A model generated the notes under the pieces. The model was not told the origin of the DNA. It searched no databases and saw only the letters and a program-made list of their open reading frames with translations. A stretch of DNA of 64,000 nt, taken from assembly GCA_018061145.1 (NCBI GenBank), contig JAGOUR010000004.1, positions 10,625 through 74,624 on the forward strand. Direction: 5' to 3'. Below are positions 55,605 to 64,000 of this stretch, piece after piece. How positions within the stretch are numbered: position 1 is the first letter of the stretch; the number at the start of each line of letters is the position of its first letter. The translations under genes were made by a program, and so were the position numbers. The DNA is from Minisyncoccota bacterium. GTDB taxonomy: Bacteria > Patescibacteriota > Minisyncoccia > Phycocordibacterales > UBA9973.

Positions 55605-58574
55605 ATGTCAGCACCACACGGACACGGAGCACCTGGGCATTCAATACCAAAGGCGCCCCCAATGGAACCAACAACAGATAGCAAAACTATTGAGAGGAGA
55701 GCTCTCATACACAAACTTGACGACGCAGATGCAGGAGCTAGAGGACGAATACTATCAGGAACTTTAAGTCCCGAAGCAGATGCAACTGCAAGAAAAACAA
55801 TTCTAGAAAACAGAGAAAAGAGAGCAGACATACTAGATGAAGAAAAAAAGGCAAATGAATTTGTAAAAAATCTGATAGAGAAAAAAAAGTCACTAAAAAC
55901 AAAGATTGATAATTTACATAAAAATATCAATGAATATAAATATCGTGATGGTTTTAAGGATGCCCTCCAACATGAACTGGATCTAGCTCATAATGATTTA
56001 CGAGAAGTTCAAGAAAACATAGAAAATAATGCTAAAAATGTACAGGACCATAAATTAAAAGAGAATTTAGATAATACAAGAAAAGAATACCTTGCGGAAT
56101 ACGAAAAACATGCAAAAAATTTAAAAAATAAAGTAGCAATAAAAAATGTAAAGACTAGACTAAGTAACATATATCAATCTACCGCAAATATTTTTCGGAA
56201 AGAGGATAACAAAAAAAATCTAAAGGGATACAAGTCAGTAGAGACATATGGAGACAAAAATCTTAGAGAGAAGAGGGCTCTATACGATGATGCGAGAGTT
56301 TTACTTGCACAAAATATGTATGAGAGAAAAGAAGAAGAATTAAATGCCTCTGGAATAGAAGCTAGTGAACAGATAAAAAAACTAAAATACTACAAAGCTA
56401 CCGAGATAATACAAAAAGTATACGTAGAAGAAAAAGCAAAAACAAGAGAAGCCATCAGCTCACTGGAGAGAACCAAGCTAGACAGACTCGGTCTTTGGTA
56501 CAGCAAACAACCCAGATGGAAAAAGGTAGCACTAGGAACTGCTCTTTTTGTTGGTGGTGGTTCAGCTTTTGCTGCTAGTATGATTGCAAAATATGGAATA
56601 GGTTGGTGTATTGCTGGTAAATTTGCAACAAGTTATGGTGTTGGGTATATCACAAATACAGCAACAGGGAAGGTGATTGATAGAATTCACAAAAAAGGTG
56701 ATAAAGATTTCAGAAATTCAATAGATAATGACAAGCTTGATTTATCGAGCAATTTTACAAGAGGTGATACTGATATGACACTCCTGGAATACGAGAGACA
56801 ACTCTCAATCATAGAAAGAAGGGAAAATGAAAAATTGCAAAAAAGGATGAGCGCAAAAATGTGGGCTGGGCTTGGTCTAGGAATAGGAGCAGGAGCATTG
56901 ACATACAACTTAATGGCAGACTGCACCTCTCCAACAACGAGAGAGATACCAATGACAAAAGGAGATCACTTTAAAGCACCGGCACCAGTTCAATTAGAAA
57001 AAACTCTCGATGAATTTGTCGTAAAAGCAGACAGGATAGAGACAGTACCTAAACCCCCAGCACCTATTAGTACAGGAGGGGATCCAGTAATGTTAAAATA
57101 CCCAGATCTAAATATCGACCAGACAGAGTTTAAAAATATGGAAGGGGGGCTAGCTACTACATCAGATTTCACTCCACATACTACAGCAGATGAATTCAAC
57201 CCAGGTAATTCAAATGCAGACCAAACACCTGCAGTAGAAAAACCAAAATACAATTTTGGAGATTATAATCCAGACGAAAGAAACCTCGACCAAGAGAACC
57301 CTGAATCTGGAGAGAGATTAGACCTACCAGAGACTCCAGGGGATGCAACAGAACCAAAAATAGGAGGTGGCACATCTGCAGAAAATACAAATACTGAATC
57401 CGGGCTCAATAATACTGCAGGCAAAGGGTTAAAAATGGACTACCATGAGACTCAGAAAATTCAAGAAAATCAATTTCAAAAAATAAAAAGTCAGATAGGT
57501 AATGAAGAGTATGAAAAGCTGATAAAAACACTAGACAATAATATGGCATTGTATAAGACAGATATCAACGAATTAAGGACAATCGCCGTAGGAGAAAATA
57601 GAGATGAATCTTTCTCGAGAGAGCTAGCCCTGAATAATGCTAGGGAACAACTCAGAGAGCAGGCGGGATTAAAAGATGCAGTGTTTAACGACAGAGGCCC
57701 ATCACGAGTAATAACATCGCAACTACCAAATGGAGAATTCCGAACGATAGTAGTCCAAGCTGCACACCATGTAAACAATATAGAAGTTGACGACCTCTTT
57801 AATACAGAAAATATCCCAGTAACAGCAGAAGAGAACGTAAAAGCAATAATAAATCAATCAAATCAAAATGCAGAAAGATTTATGGCACTCTCTGGCACAG
57901 ATGAGGGTACGATGAAATCAATACTAACCCCAAAAGATAGTAATCATATAAGAATAGTTTCAGAAAGAACATCACCAGATTTAGCTAAAGCTAGAGAAAT
58001 GATCGTCAACGACAGGATGGCTCTGAACAAAGTTATGGGAGATGATTCAGTCTCTATGGTGGGAAACTCAATGGACAGAATCTTTAAAGATTCAAATGGA
58101 GATTATCATGTATACAGAATATACGAAATAAAAGACACAACAAATATCTCAGGGCAAGAAGGAGCAGTATCAGGGTCAGGTGGAGAGAGTTCGGAGATCA
58201 ACTACCAGAATGAAGAATATAAAGTTTCAAATATCGAATCAGGACCAACTGGCATAGAAAGTGAGACTAACCTTGCCATTGAAAATATAATAAAGGAAGG
58301 GAAATACAAGGATATAGTTAAAAACGTAGAAATGCTTGGTTATACATTTGAGGGGTCTCGCAGTGCAGATGTTACTGTTCTAAAATTCCTAGAATCTTAC
58401 AAGTCTGGTGAATACACATTAGCAATAGACTCAGCAGATGCTCCTACACATGATCTTGCGTCTCAAGCAATTAGCCAGAGACAAGGCTTCGTAAACACAG
58501 CAGAAAAAATGAATCTATGGAAAAAAACTGACAGTGGATATCATATGATTTCTATTCGTTTAATCAAAAAATAA
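55605..58574 (+). CDS. Large (989 aa) coiled-coil membrane protein, hypothetical
   Basis: ~300-aa K/E-rich coiled-coil N-region. Two Gly-rich TM hairpins (WKKVALGTALFVGGGSAFAASMIAKYGIGWCIAG; MWAGLGLGIGAGALTYNLMA). ~540-aa C-terminal region with no known domain. Confidence 0.45.
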   Translation: MSAPHGHGAPGHSIPKAPPMEPTTDSKTIERRALIHKLDDADAGARGRILSGTLSPEADATARKTILENREKRADILDEEKKANEFVKNLIEKKKSLKTKIDNLHKNINEYKYRDGFKDALQHELDLAHNDLREVQENIENNAKNVQDHKLKENLDNTRKEYLAEYEKHAKNLKNKVAIKNVKTRLSNIYQSTANIFRKEDNKKNLKGYKSVETYGDKNLREKRALYDDARVLLAQNMYERKEEELNASGIEASEQIKKLKYYKATEIIQKVYVEEKAKTREAISSLERTKLDRLGLWYSKQPRWKKVALGTALFVGGGSAFAASMIAKYGIGWCIAGKFATSYGVGYITNTATGKVIDRIHKKGDKDFRNSIDNDKLDLSSNFTRGDTDMTLLEYERQLSIIERRENEKLQKRMSAKMWAGLGLGIGAGALTYNLMADCTSPTTREIPMTKGDHFKAPAPVQLEKTLDEFVVKADRIETVPKPPAPISTGGDPVMLKYPDLNIDQTEFKNMEGGLATTSDFTPHTTADEFNPGNSNADQTPAVEKPKYNFGDYNPDERNLDQENPESGERLDLPETPGDATEPKIGGGTSAENTNTESGLNNTAGKGLKMDYHETQKIQENQFQKIKSQIGNEEYEKLIKTLDNNMALYKTDINELRTIAVGENRDESFSRELALNNAREQLREQAGLKDAVFNDRGPSRVITSQLPNGEFRTIVVQAAHHVNNIEVDDLFNTENIPVTAEENVKAIINQSNQNAERFMALSGTDEGTMKSILTPKDSNHIRIVSERTSPDLAKAREMIVNDRMALNKVMGDDSVSMVGNSMDRIFKDSNGDYHVYRIYEIKDTTNISGQEGAVSGSGGESSEINYQNEEYKVSNIESGPTGIESETNLAIENIIKEGKYKDIVKNVEMLGYTFEGSRSADVTVLKFLESYKSGEYTLAIDSADAPTHDLASQAISQRQGFVNTAEKMNLWKKTDSGYHMISIRLIKK

Positions 58575-58594
58575 TTATTAATTAATAAAAATAT

Positions 58595-58903
58595 ATGGAT
58601 ACAAAAATAAAAAACGATATTGTCCAGATTCTGGGCATAGATTCACTACCAAAAGAAGAACAGGAGGAGGTATATATGCAGTTCGGTGCGATTATATATA
58701 TGGAGGTCATGACTCGTGCCGCTGACATACTAGAAGAAGAAGACAGAATAACTCTAAATAAATTAATCCAAGAGAATCCTGATCCAGAAGTAATGTTCAC
58801 ATTTCTAGCAGAAAAAATCCCAAACCTAGATGAGATAGTGCGGGAAGAAGCAGAAAAGGTACACAAAGAAGCCGGAGATCTGATGAGTAAAGTAGGTCAA
58901 TAA
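58595..58903 (+). CDS. Small acidic hypothetical protein (102 aa)
   Basis: ORF immediately after the 989-aa gene. No motif. Confidence 0.35.
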   Translation: MDTKIKNDIVQILGIDSLPKEEQEEVYMQFGAIIYMEVMTRAADILEEEDRITLNKLIQENPDPEVMFTFLAEKIPNLDEIVREEAEKVHKEAGDLMSKVGQ

Positions 58904-58909
58904 TACAAA

Positions 58910-58938
58910 AGAAAAACGCCTTTGGCGTTTTTCTTTTG
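58910..58938 (+). terminator. Rho-independent terminator after the 102-aa gene
   Basis: aaaaacgcc-tttg-gcgttttt followed by cttttgtt. Confidence 0.6.
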
Positions 58939-58956
58939 TTCTGTATAATAGAACGC

Positions 58957-60891
58957 ATGGAGGATTATCTAAATACACTAAATGAAAAGCAGAAAGAAGC
59001 GGTCCTTCAGACAGAGGGGCCGCTTCTGATTGTAGCAGGGGCCGGAGCAGGAAAGACCAAGACTCTAACACATCGAATCGTACATATAGTACATGGTGGA
59101 GTGAAGCCAGAGAATATACTAGCAGTTACTTTTACCAATAAAGCCGCAAAAGAGATGAGAGAAAGAGTGATAGGACTACTTTCACAGAGGGAAAACGGTG
59201 CCCCCGCTGGTGGACATAGTGGTTATCCATTCGTTTCTACATTTCACGCGCTCGGAGTAAGAATTATAAAGGAGAATGCGCACTTACTAGGCCTGACAAA
59301 GCACTTTGTCATAGCAGATGACGATGATTGCATGAAGATTATCAAGGAATCTCTCAAGACCCGCGACATAGACCCAAAGCAGTATGAGCCGAGAAAGATC
59401 AAGAGTATCATTTCTCGAGCAAAGGGGGATTTTATAAACATAGATAAATTCTCAAATGAAGTAAAATCAGGATTTGAAAGTGTGGTCGCTACTATCTGGC
59501 GTGACTATGAAAGAACTCTTAAATCAGAAAAGGCTCTAGACTTTGATGACCTATTGATCGAGACTGTGATGATTTTGAAAAAGTATCCAGAAGTAAAACT
59601 ACACTATCAAAATCAATGGCAGTATATCCATGTGGATGAATATCAGGATACCAATGAAGTGCAGTATGAGATGGTAAAGCTACTCGTAGGACCCAGGGAG
59701 AATATCTGCGTAGTGGGTGATACAGATCAGAATATTTATAGCTGGCGCGGAGCAAATATAAAGAACATGCTTCATTTTGAAAAAGATTATCCGAAAACTG
59801 TGATTGTGATGCTCGAGCAGAATTACCGATCCACAAAGAATATAATCGAGGCAGCAAACAATGTGATAAACAAAAATGTATTCCGAGTGCCAAAGACACT
59901 CTTCACAGAAAAGGAGACAGGGGAGGATATCACTATATACGAAGCCTTCGACGAGATATATGAGGGGCAGTATGTAGCAAATCAGATCCATGAATTGCTC
60001 CGTGAAAATAAACCCGAAGATATAGCTATACTCTATCGTGCGAATTTCCAATCCCGCGTATTAGAGGAAGCGATGCTTTCAAAAAATATCCCGTACCAAG
60101 TACTCGGTACAAAATTCTTCGACAGAAAGGAGATCAAAGATGTCCTATCTTATCTACGTGCAGCATTGAATCGTGATAGCCTGTCAGATATCAAGAGGGT
60201 GATCAATACTCCAGCTCGTGGTATCGGCAAGGTCACACTAGTCAAATTATTTTCTGGCGGATTAAATGATTTACCCGCCGGCATGCAGATGAAGATCAGC
60301 AATTTCTACACTCTCCTAGATGAGATTCATGAATACGCGATGGTGAACAAGCCTAGTGAAATAATAAAATTCATCATTGAGCGTAGTGGACTAGAAGAAG
60401 AACTTAAAAAGGGCATTAGCGATGACCTAGAGAGACTAGAAAACATGAAGGAACTAGTGACACTCGCCATCCGATACGATGGTTTCGATATCGAGGAGGG
60501 TATAGATAAAATACTCGAAGATGCAGCACTATCTAGTGATCAAGACAGCCTGATAAACAAGCCAAAGCCCGGCGGTGTACGCCTGATGACTGTGCATGCA
60601 TCCAAAGGTCTTGAATTCAAATACGTATTTATCACAGGCCTTGAAAAAGATTTATTCCCGCACTCACGCCCCGGTGGAGGTAAGAAGGAGGATAGCGAAG
60701 AGGAGCGCAGGCTATTCTATGTAGCACTGACTCGTGCCGAGAAAAAGCTATATCTATGCTATGCATCACTACGAACAATATTCGGAATGAAGCAGGTGAA
60801 CACCCCTAGTGAATTCCTAGAAGACATACCATCACACCTAGTAGAGTATGATAGGGGTGGCGGAAATGGAGAAAGGATTGTGTATATTTAA
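58957..60891 (+). CDS. pcrA: ATP-dependent DNA helicase PcrA/UvrD (superfamily 1)
   Basis: Walker A AGAGAGKTKTLTHR. Motifs II (DEYQDTN), III, IV and VI (VALTRAEKKLYL). Start at MEDYLNTL. Confidence 0.9.
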   Translation: MEDYLNTLNEKQKEAVLQTEGPLLIVAGAGAGKTKTLTHRIVHIVHGGVKPENILAVTFTNKAAKEMRERVIGLLSQRENGAPAGGHSGYPFVSTFHALGVRIIKENAHLLGLTKHFVIADDDDCMKIIKESLKTRDIDPKQYEPRKIKSIISRAKGDFINIDKFSNEVKSGFESVVATIWRDYERTLKSEKALDFDDLLIETVMILKKYPEVKLHYQNQWQYIHVDEYQDTNEVQYEMVKLLVGPRENICVVGDTDQNIYSWRGANIKNMLHFEKDYPKTVIVMLEQNYRSTKNIIEAANNVINKNVFRVPKTLFTEKETGEDITIYEAFDEIYEGQYVANQIHELLRENKPEDIAILYRANFQSRVLEEAMLSKNIPYQVLGTKFFDRKEIKDVLSYLRAALNRDSLSDIKRVINTPARGIGKVTLVKLFSGGLNDLPAGMQMKISNFYTLLDEIHEYAMVNKPSEIIKFIIERSGLEEELKKGISDDLERLENMKELVTLAIRYDGFDIEEGIDKILEDAALSSDQDSLINKPKPGGVRLMTVHASKGLEFKYVFITGLEKDLFPHSRPGGGKKEDSEEERRLFYVALTRAEKKLYLCYASLRTIFGMKQVNTPSEFLEDIPSHLVEYDRGGGNGERIVYI

Positions 60892-61061
60892 CTGCTTCGT
60901 AGATTAATTCTCGGACTCAGCACGAATATTTTTCTGTTGAAAAATTTCTCTGCTCGTCGCTCAAGAAAATAATATTCGTCAACTCATTTATTTTCTAAGC
61001 TCCTGCGCAAGACTTCGCTCGAGAACAAATCTACTTCGCAAAAATATGGTAGTATAAAAAC

Positions 61062-61937
61062 ATGATTCATAAAGCTAAAAAATCACTAGGGCAAAACTTT
61101 CTCAAGAGCAAACCAGCATTGAATATGATGATTAGTGCCGGCGAGGTAGGGAATGCAGATACTATAGTAGAGATCGGTCCGGGTAAAGGCGCTCTCACAG
61201 AGAAACTCCTTGAAAATGCGGGACATGTCATTGCGATTGAAAAAGATCGTGATCTTATAGACTTTCTGAAAGAAAAGTTCGCGACAGAAATAGAAAACGG
61301 GAAATTTGAATTAGTGCAAGGGGATTGTCTGGAGTGGAATCCAAAAGTACTAAAAGGTTCAAACTACAAGCTAATAGCAAATATCCCATATAATATAACC
61401 GGTGCAATACTAAAAAAATTCCTCTCTGAAGAAAATCAGCCAGAGCGCATGGTGCTATTAGTCCAAAAGGAAGTAGCCGAGAGGATAGTGGCCCGAGACG
61501 GCAAGGAGAGCATACTGTCTATCAGTGTAAAAGCATACGGCACACCAAAATACATGATGAAAGTAGAAAAAAGATTCTTTTCTCCGGCACCAAAGGTAGA
61601 TTCTGCTATTATCGCTATAACAGCTATATCAAAAAAGAATTTTGAATCCGAGTCCCCCCTCCCATTACCAAGGGGAGGGCTGGGGAGAGGTGAATTAATT
61701 AAGAACCCCCTCACAGTCTCCCCCTTAGTAAGGGGGAGAGGGACTCAGAATGCAGAATCCCGATTTTTTGAAATACTAAAAGCTGGATTTGCCCACAAGA
61801 GAAAGGTGCTGAAGAAAAACCTTGAAGACTCACTATCAAAAGAAAAAATAGTCGAATTGTTTAAAACCCACAATATAGATGAAAAAGTTAGAGCTGAGGA
61901 TATAAAGCTCCAAAACTGGCTAGATTTCATAAAATAA
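61062..61937 (+). CDS. rsmA: 16S rRNA (adenine1518/1519-N6)-dimethyltransferase KsgA/RsmA, carrying an in-frame ~31-codon insertion derived from a GC-rich repeat element
   Basis: SAM-binding LGQNFL...EIGPGKGALT, NIPYNIT, C-terminal FAHKRKVLKKNL. Residues SPLPLPRGGLGRGELIKNPLTVSPLVRGRGTQ are encoded by repeat copy 2. Confidence 0.85.
   Translation: MIHKAKKSLGQNFLKSKPALNMMISAGEVGNADTIVEIGPGKGALTEKLLENAGHVIAIEKDRDLIDFLKEKFATEIENGKFELVQGDCLEWNPKVLKGSNYKLIANIPYNITGAILKKFLSEENQPERMVLLVQKEVAERIVARDGKESILSISVKAYGTPKYMMKVEKRFFSPAPKVDSAIIAITAISKKNFESESPLPLPRGGLGRGELIKNPLTVSPLVRGRGTQNAESRFFEILKAGFAHKRKVLKKNLEDSLSKEKIVELFKTHNIDEKVRAEDIKLQNWLDFIK
61670..61762. repeat. GC-rich double-hairpin element (copy 2), located inside the ksgA coding sequence
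   Basis: About 85% identical to 18240..18335. Hairpins cctccc-attaccaag-gggagg and ctccccc-ttagtaa-gggggag. Confidence 0.65.
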
Positions 61938-61972
61938 AAACCTTACAGGTCGGACCTGTAAGGTTTTTATTT
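61937..61972. terminator. Bidirectional terminator after ksgA
   Basis: aaaccttacaggtc-g-gacctgtaaggttt with flanking A-run and T-run. It shares an acaggtcNgacctgt core with the terminator at 24273. Confidence 0.7.
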
Positions 61973-61979
61973 TATTTAA

Positions 61980-62360
61980 TTAGAAAGATGTTCCTATATA
62001 GTTAATTGTTCCTTTTGAGATAGGTAGCTCGGTGCATTTCGGAGCTACCCCAATCAAACAAACACCAGCAGAAGAATACTTGCCCAACAAAAAACTACTT
62101 GGTTTTACTGAATTTCTAGCATAAGTCTTTACCGAGCTAGAATATAAGTACGTACCACTACTACTACCGGGACCCTTTATTGTAACCTGAGAACTACCAT
62201 CAGTATTGCAAGTACAAGAAACCATCGATAAAATACGCCCTCCAAAATAATTACCTCCAACAGAAGCCTCTGTCTCTGTATATGGGAATAGTGGTGAGAT
62301 AATCAAACAAATCAAGATCAATAAAATGAGTTTTTTTAAATCTACTAGAATATTTTGCAT
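61980..62360 (-). CDS. Small secreted hypothetical protein
   Basis: Signal peptide LILLILICLIISPLF. Ser/Gly/Thr-rich. Confidence 0.35.
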   Translation of the reverse strand: MQNILVDLKKLILLILICLIISPLFPYTETEASVGGNYFGGRILSMVSCTCNTDGSSQVTIKGPGSSSGTYLYSSSVKTYARNSVKPSSFLLGKYSSAGVCLIGVAPKCTELPISKGTINYIGTSF

Positions 62361-62382
62361 ACATATATGATATAATATTTTT

Positions 62383-63330
62383 GTGAATAAAGAAAATAAA
62401 AAATCTTATCTCCCTAGTCACGAATTCGTGGCTAGAGTCATCATCCTCGTCCTACTACTAGGGGCTGCAGTGGGGGGCAATGCTCTGTATAAATACTTTA
62501 AAAACAAAAAAGATAATAAATCCACATCTATCCCCACAGACACTATCAGACTCGAGAGTGGTCTGACTGTTTCTGATGTGATGTCAAAGGATTCAAATAA
62601 AAATGGTATAGCAGACTGGGAGGAATCTCTATGGGGGCTAGACCCAAAAGAGGACGGTTTTTCAAATAAAACAATAATAGACAATAAAAAGAAAGCCCTA
62701 AATGCACAAAACGGCACAATGGACACAAATACAGAAGAAAAAGAGGACGAAACAAAAAAATTAGCTATAGAATTCTTCTCTTCTTTTATGTCTCTCAAGG
62801 AATCTGGAGCTTTAAATACAAATGCTGTCGAAAATCTAACTTCAGTCATAGGGCAAGAAGTGGGGAAAACTGATGCACCCGATACATATATTGGTAACAG
62901 CATAAAAACAACCAAATCAAACAAGGAAAATCTTGCAAAATATCAAAAAGACCTTGAAAATATAATAACAAAACATGAAAATAGATTGCCGGGCACAGAG
63001 CTCGCGATAATGGCCGAAGCAATGGAAAATGAAGACAGTGCTCTCATCGGAGACCTAGCACAGATATCGAACGAATACAGAAGTCTAGCAAAAGACATGA
63101 CCACGGTAACAGCGCCGATGAATGTAGCACAAAATCATCTTTTGCTTATAAACACATACGACAAGATCGGAATGTCTATCCTCAAGATGTCCGATGCTCT
63201 GACTAATCCTATAGCAGCAGCTACAGGAACCGCGATGTATACAAGATACACAAATGAGATAAACCAAATAGTAGAAGAAATGAAGACAACATTTATAGAT
63301 AATGGTATACTTGAAAAAGATGCGAACTAG
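62383..63330 (+). CDS. Membrane-anchored hypothetical protein
   Basis: N-terminal TM (VIILVLLLGAAVGGNALY). No motif. Confidence 0.35.
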   Translation: MNKENKKSYLPSHEFVARVIILVLLLGAAVGGNALYKYFKNKKDNKSTSIPTDTIRLESGLTVSDVMSKDSNKNGIADWEESLWGLDPKEDGFSNKTIIDNKKKALNAQNGTMDTNTEEKEDETKKLAIEFFSSFMSLKESGALNTNAVENLTSVIGQEVGKTDAPDTYIGNSIKTTKSNKENLAKYQKDLENIITKHENRLPGTELAIMAEAMENEDSALIGDLAQISNEYRSLAKDMTTVTAPMNVAQNHLLLINTYDKIGMSILKMSDALTNPIAAATGTAMYTRYTNEINQIVEEMKTTFIDNGILEKDAN

Positions 63331-64000
63331 ATTTTACACACAATTTATATCGTTGTTTATTATCTTGCAATTAGTATTTGCTCCTATTGTTATAGTGGCA
63401 GCAGAGACTGCGGGAGCGGATGCATTTGGAGGATTCGGATCACTCATAGGATGCAAGGGTAGCACTGCTCGAGGTATGGGTGGAGCTCTCAGTTCTATCT
63501 CTGGATTATTTACAAAAAACTCAGACGAAACAAAATCAAAAAACATAACAGACGGATTCCTAAAATCTCAAACAACAAGTGGATCTATTGGTGCTTCTGC
63601 TGTGCCAATAGAAAACAAAGATATATCTCAGACGGCAGATAGTACAAAAAAATCACTGACCCTCGAAGAAAAAGAAAACACAAGAGAAGAATGCCTAAAT
63701 GGTCTAGCATACAGAGTAGCAAAATTCGCACTGGCAAAGCTCACCGAGCAGACAGTGAACTGGATAAACACTGGATTTAATGGTGATCCATTCTTTGTAC
63801 GTGATCCACAATCATATTTCAAAAGTATCGTAGATAGTGAAGTAAATTCAATACTAGGACCGATCAGTAAATACCAAGACAAAGAAACATACCCATATGG
63901 CAGAGATTTTGCAAGGGCTTTTCTACAGAATAGAACAAATAGCTACAGTAATTATTCTCAATCAAACCTGAATAGATATATGATGAAAAACACCACCCCG
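63320..64000 (+). CDS. Secreted hypothetical protein, 3' end truncated by the window edge (absent from the ORF track)
   Basis: Hand translation from the ATG at 63320 (MRTRFYTQFISLFIILQLVFAPIVIVAAETAGA...) is open to the window end. It overlaps the previous stop by 11 nt. Confidence 0.35.
   Translation, partial: MRTRFYTQFISLFIILQLVFAPIVIVAAETAGADAFGGFGSLIGCKGSTARGMGGALSSISGLFTKNSDETKSKNITDGFLKSQTTSGSIGASAVPIENKDISQTADSTKKSLTLEEKENTREECLNGLAYRVAKFALAKLTEQTVNWINTGFNGDPFFVRDPQSYFKSIVDSEVNSILGPISKYQDKETYPYGRDFARAFLQNRTNSYSNYSQSNLNRYMMKNTTP

Noticed and set aside
55592-55930. Minus-strand ORF antisense to the 5' end of the 989-aa gene
   Set aside because: It is a shadow of a long ORF and has low-complexity Ser/Phe-rich translation.
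1-64000. CRISPR arrays, rRNA genes, transposases or IS elements, prophage integrase
   Set aside because: No regularly spaced identical repeats with unique spacers, no rRNA-like conserved blocks and no transposase-like ORFs were seen. The only recombinase is a housekeeping-type XerC/D.

Overview
This 64 kb window is AT-rich bacterial chromosomal DNA. Its gene content (short sigma-70, trigger factor without a PPIase domain, many secreted proteins with no recognisable homologs, tRNAs without an encoded CCA) resembles a reduced Patescibacteria/CPR-like genome; that placement is inference. Most genes are housekeeping: a truncated S10-operon block (tuf-rpsJ-rplC-rplD-rplW-rplB ending at a terminator), pyrF and two PRTase genes, nusA, ppa, sigma-70, tig, clpP, a P-type ATPase, an orphan histidine kinase, rny, hupB, yraN, cca, xth, xerD, rpsO, a tdh-GNAT-kbl threonine-catabolism cassette, glmS, a PGI/PMI, pnp, a dksA-like gene, comM/yifB, pcrA and ksgA. 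Non-coding genes found by eye are an RNase P RNA (minus strand, ~24.8-25.3 kb, hidden under an over-extended ORF call) and four tRNAs (Gly-GCC, Pro-UGG, Arg-UCG, Gly-UCC), two of them with short direct repeats of their ends. Five observations look most worth follow-up. (1) A five-gene minus-strand operon of secreted/surface proteins (7.5-13.1 kb) includes a 937-aa protein with N-terminal aromatic-Gly-Trp repeats and two paralogous signal modules. (2) A ~117-bp cassette bounded by CCCGTTAGAGAT inverted termini supplies a near-identical 40-nt leader directly abutting the start codons of two unrelated nuclease-fold genes (yraN and a NYN gene); related copies lie near clpP and trmB. (3) A family of GC-rich polypyrimidine/polypurine hairpin elements occurs at five loci; one copy is inserted in-frame inside ksgA, and others flank a DUF559 endonuclease gene. 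(4) An 11-bp palindrome CTAGTNACTAG recurs in the ppa, clpP and tig leaders. (5) A 32-bp perfect palindrome lies upstream of a 989-aa coiled-coil membrane protein, next to a 561-aa cysteine-rich protein with duplicated terminal zinc ribbons. No CRISPR array, rRNA gene, transposase or prophage integrase was seen.
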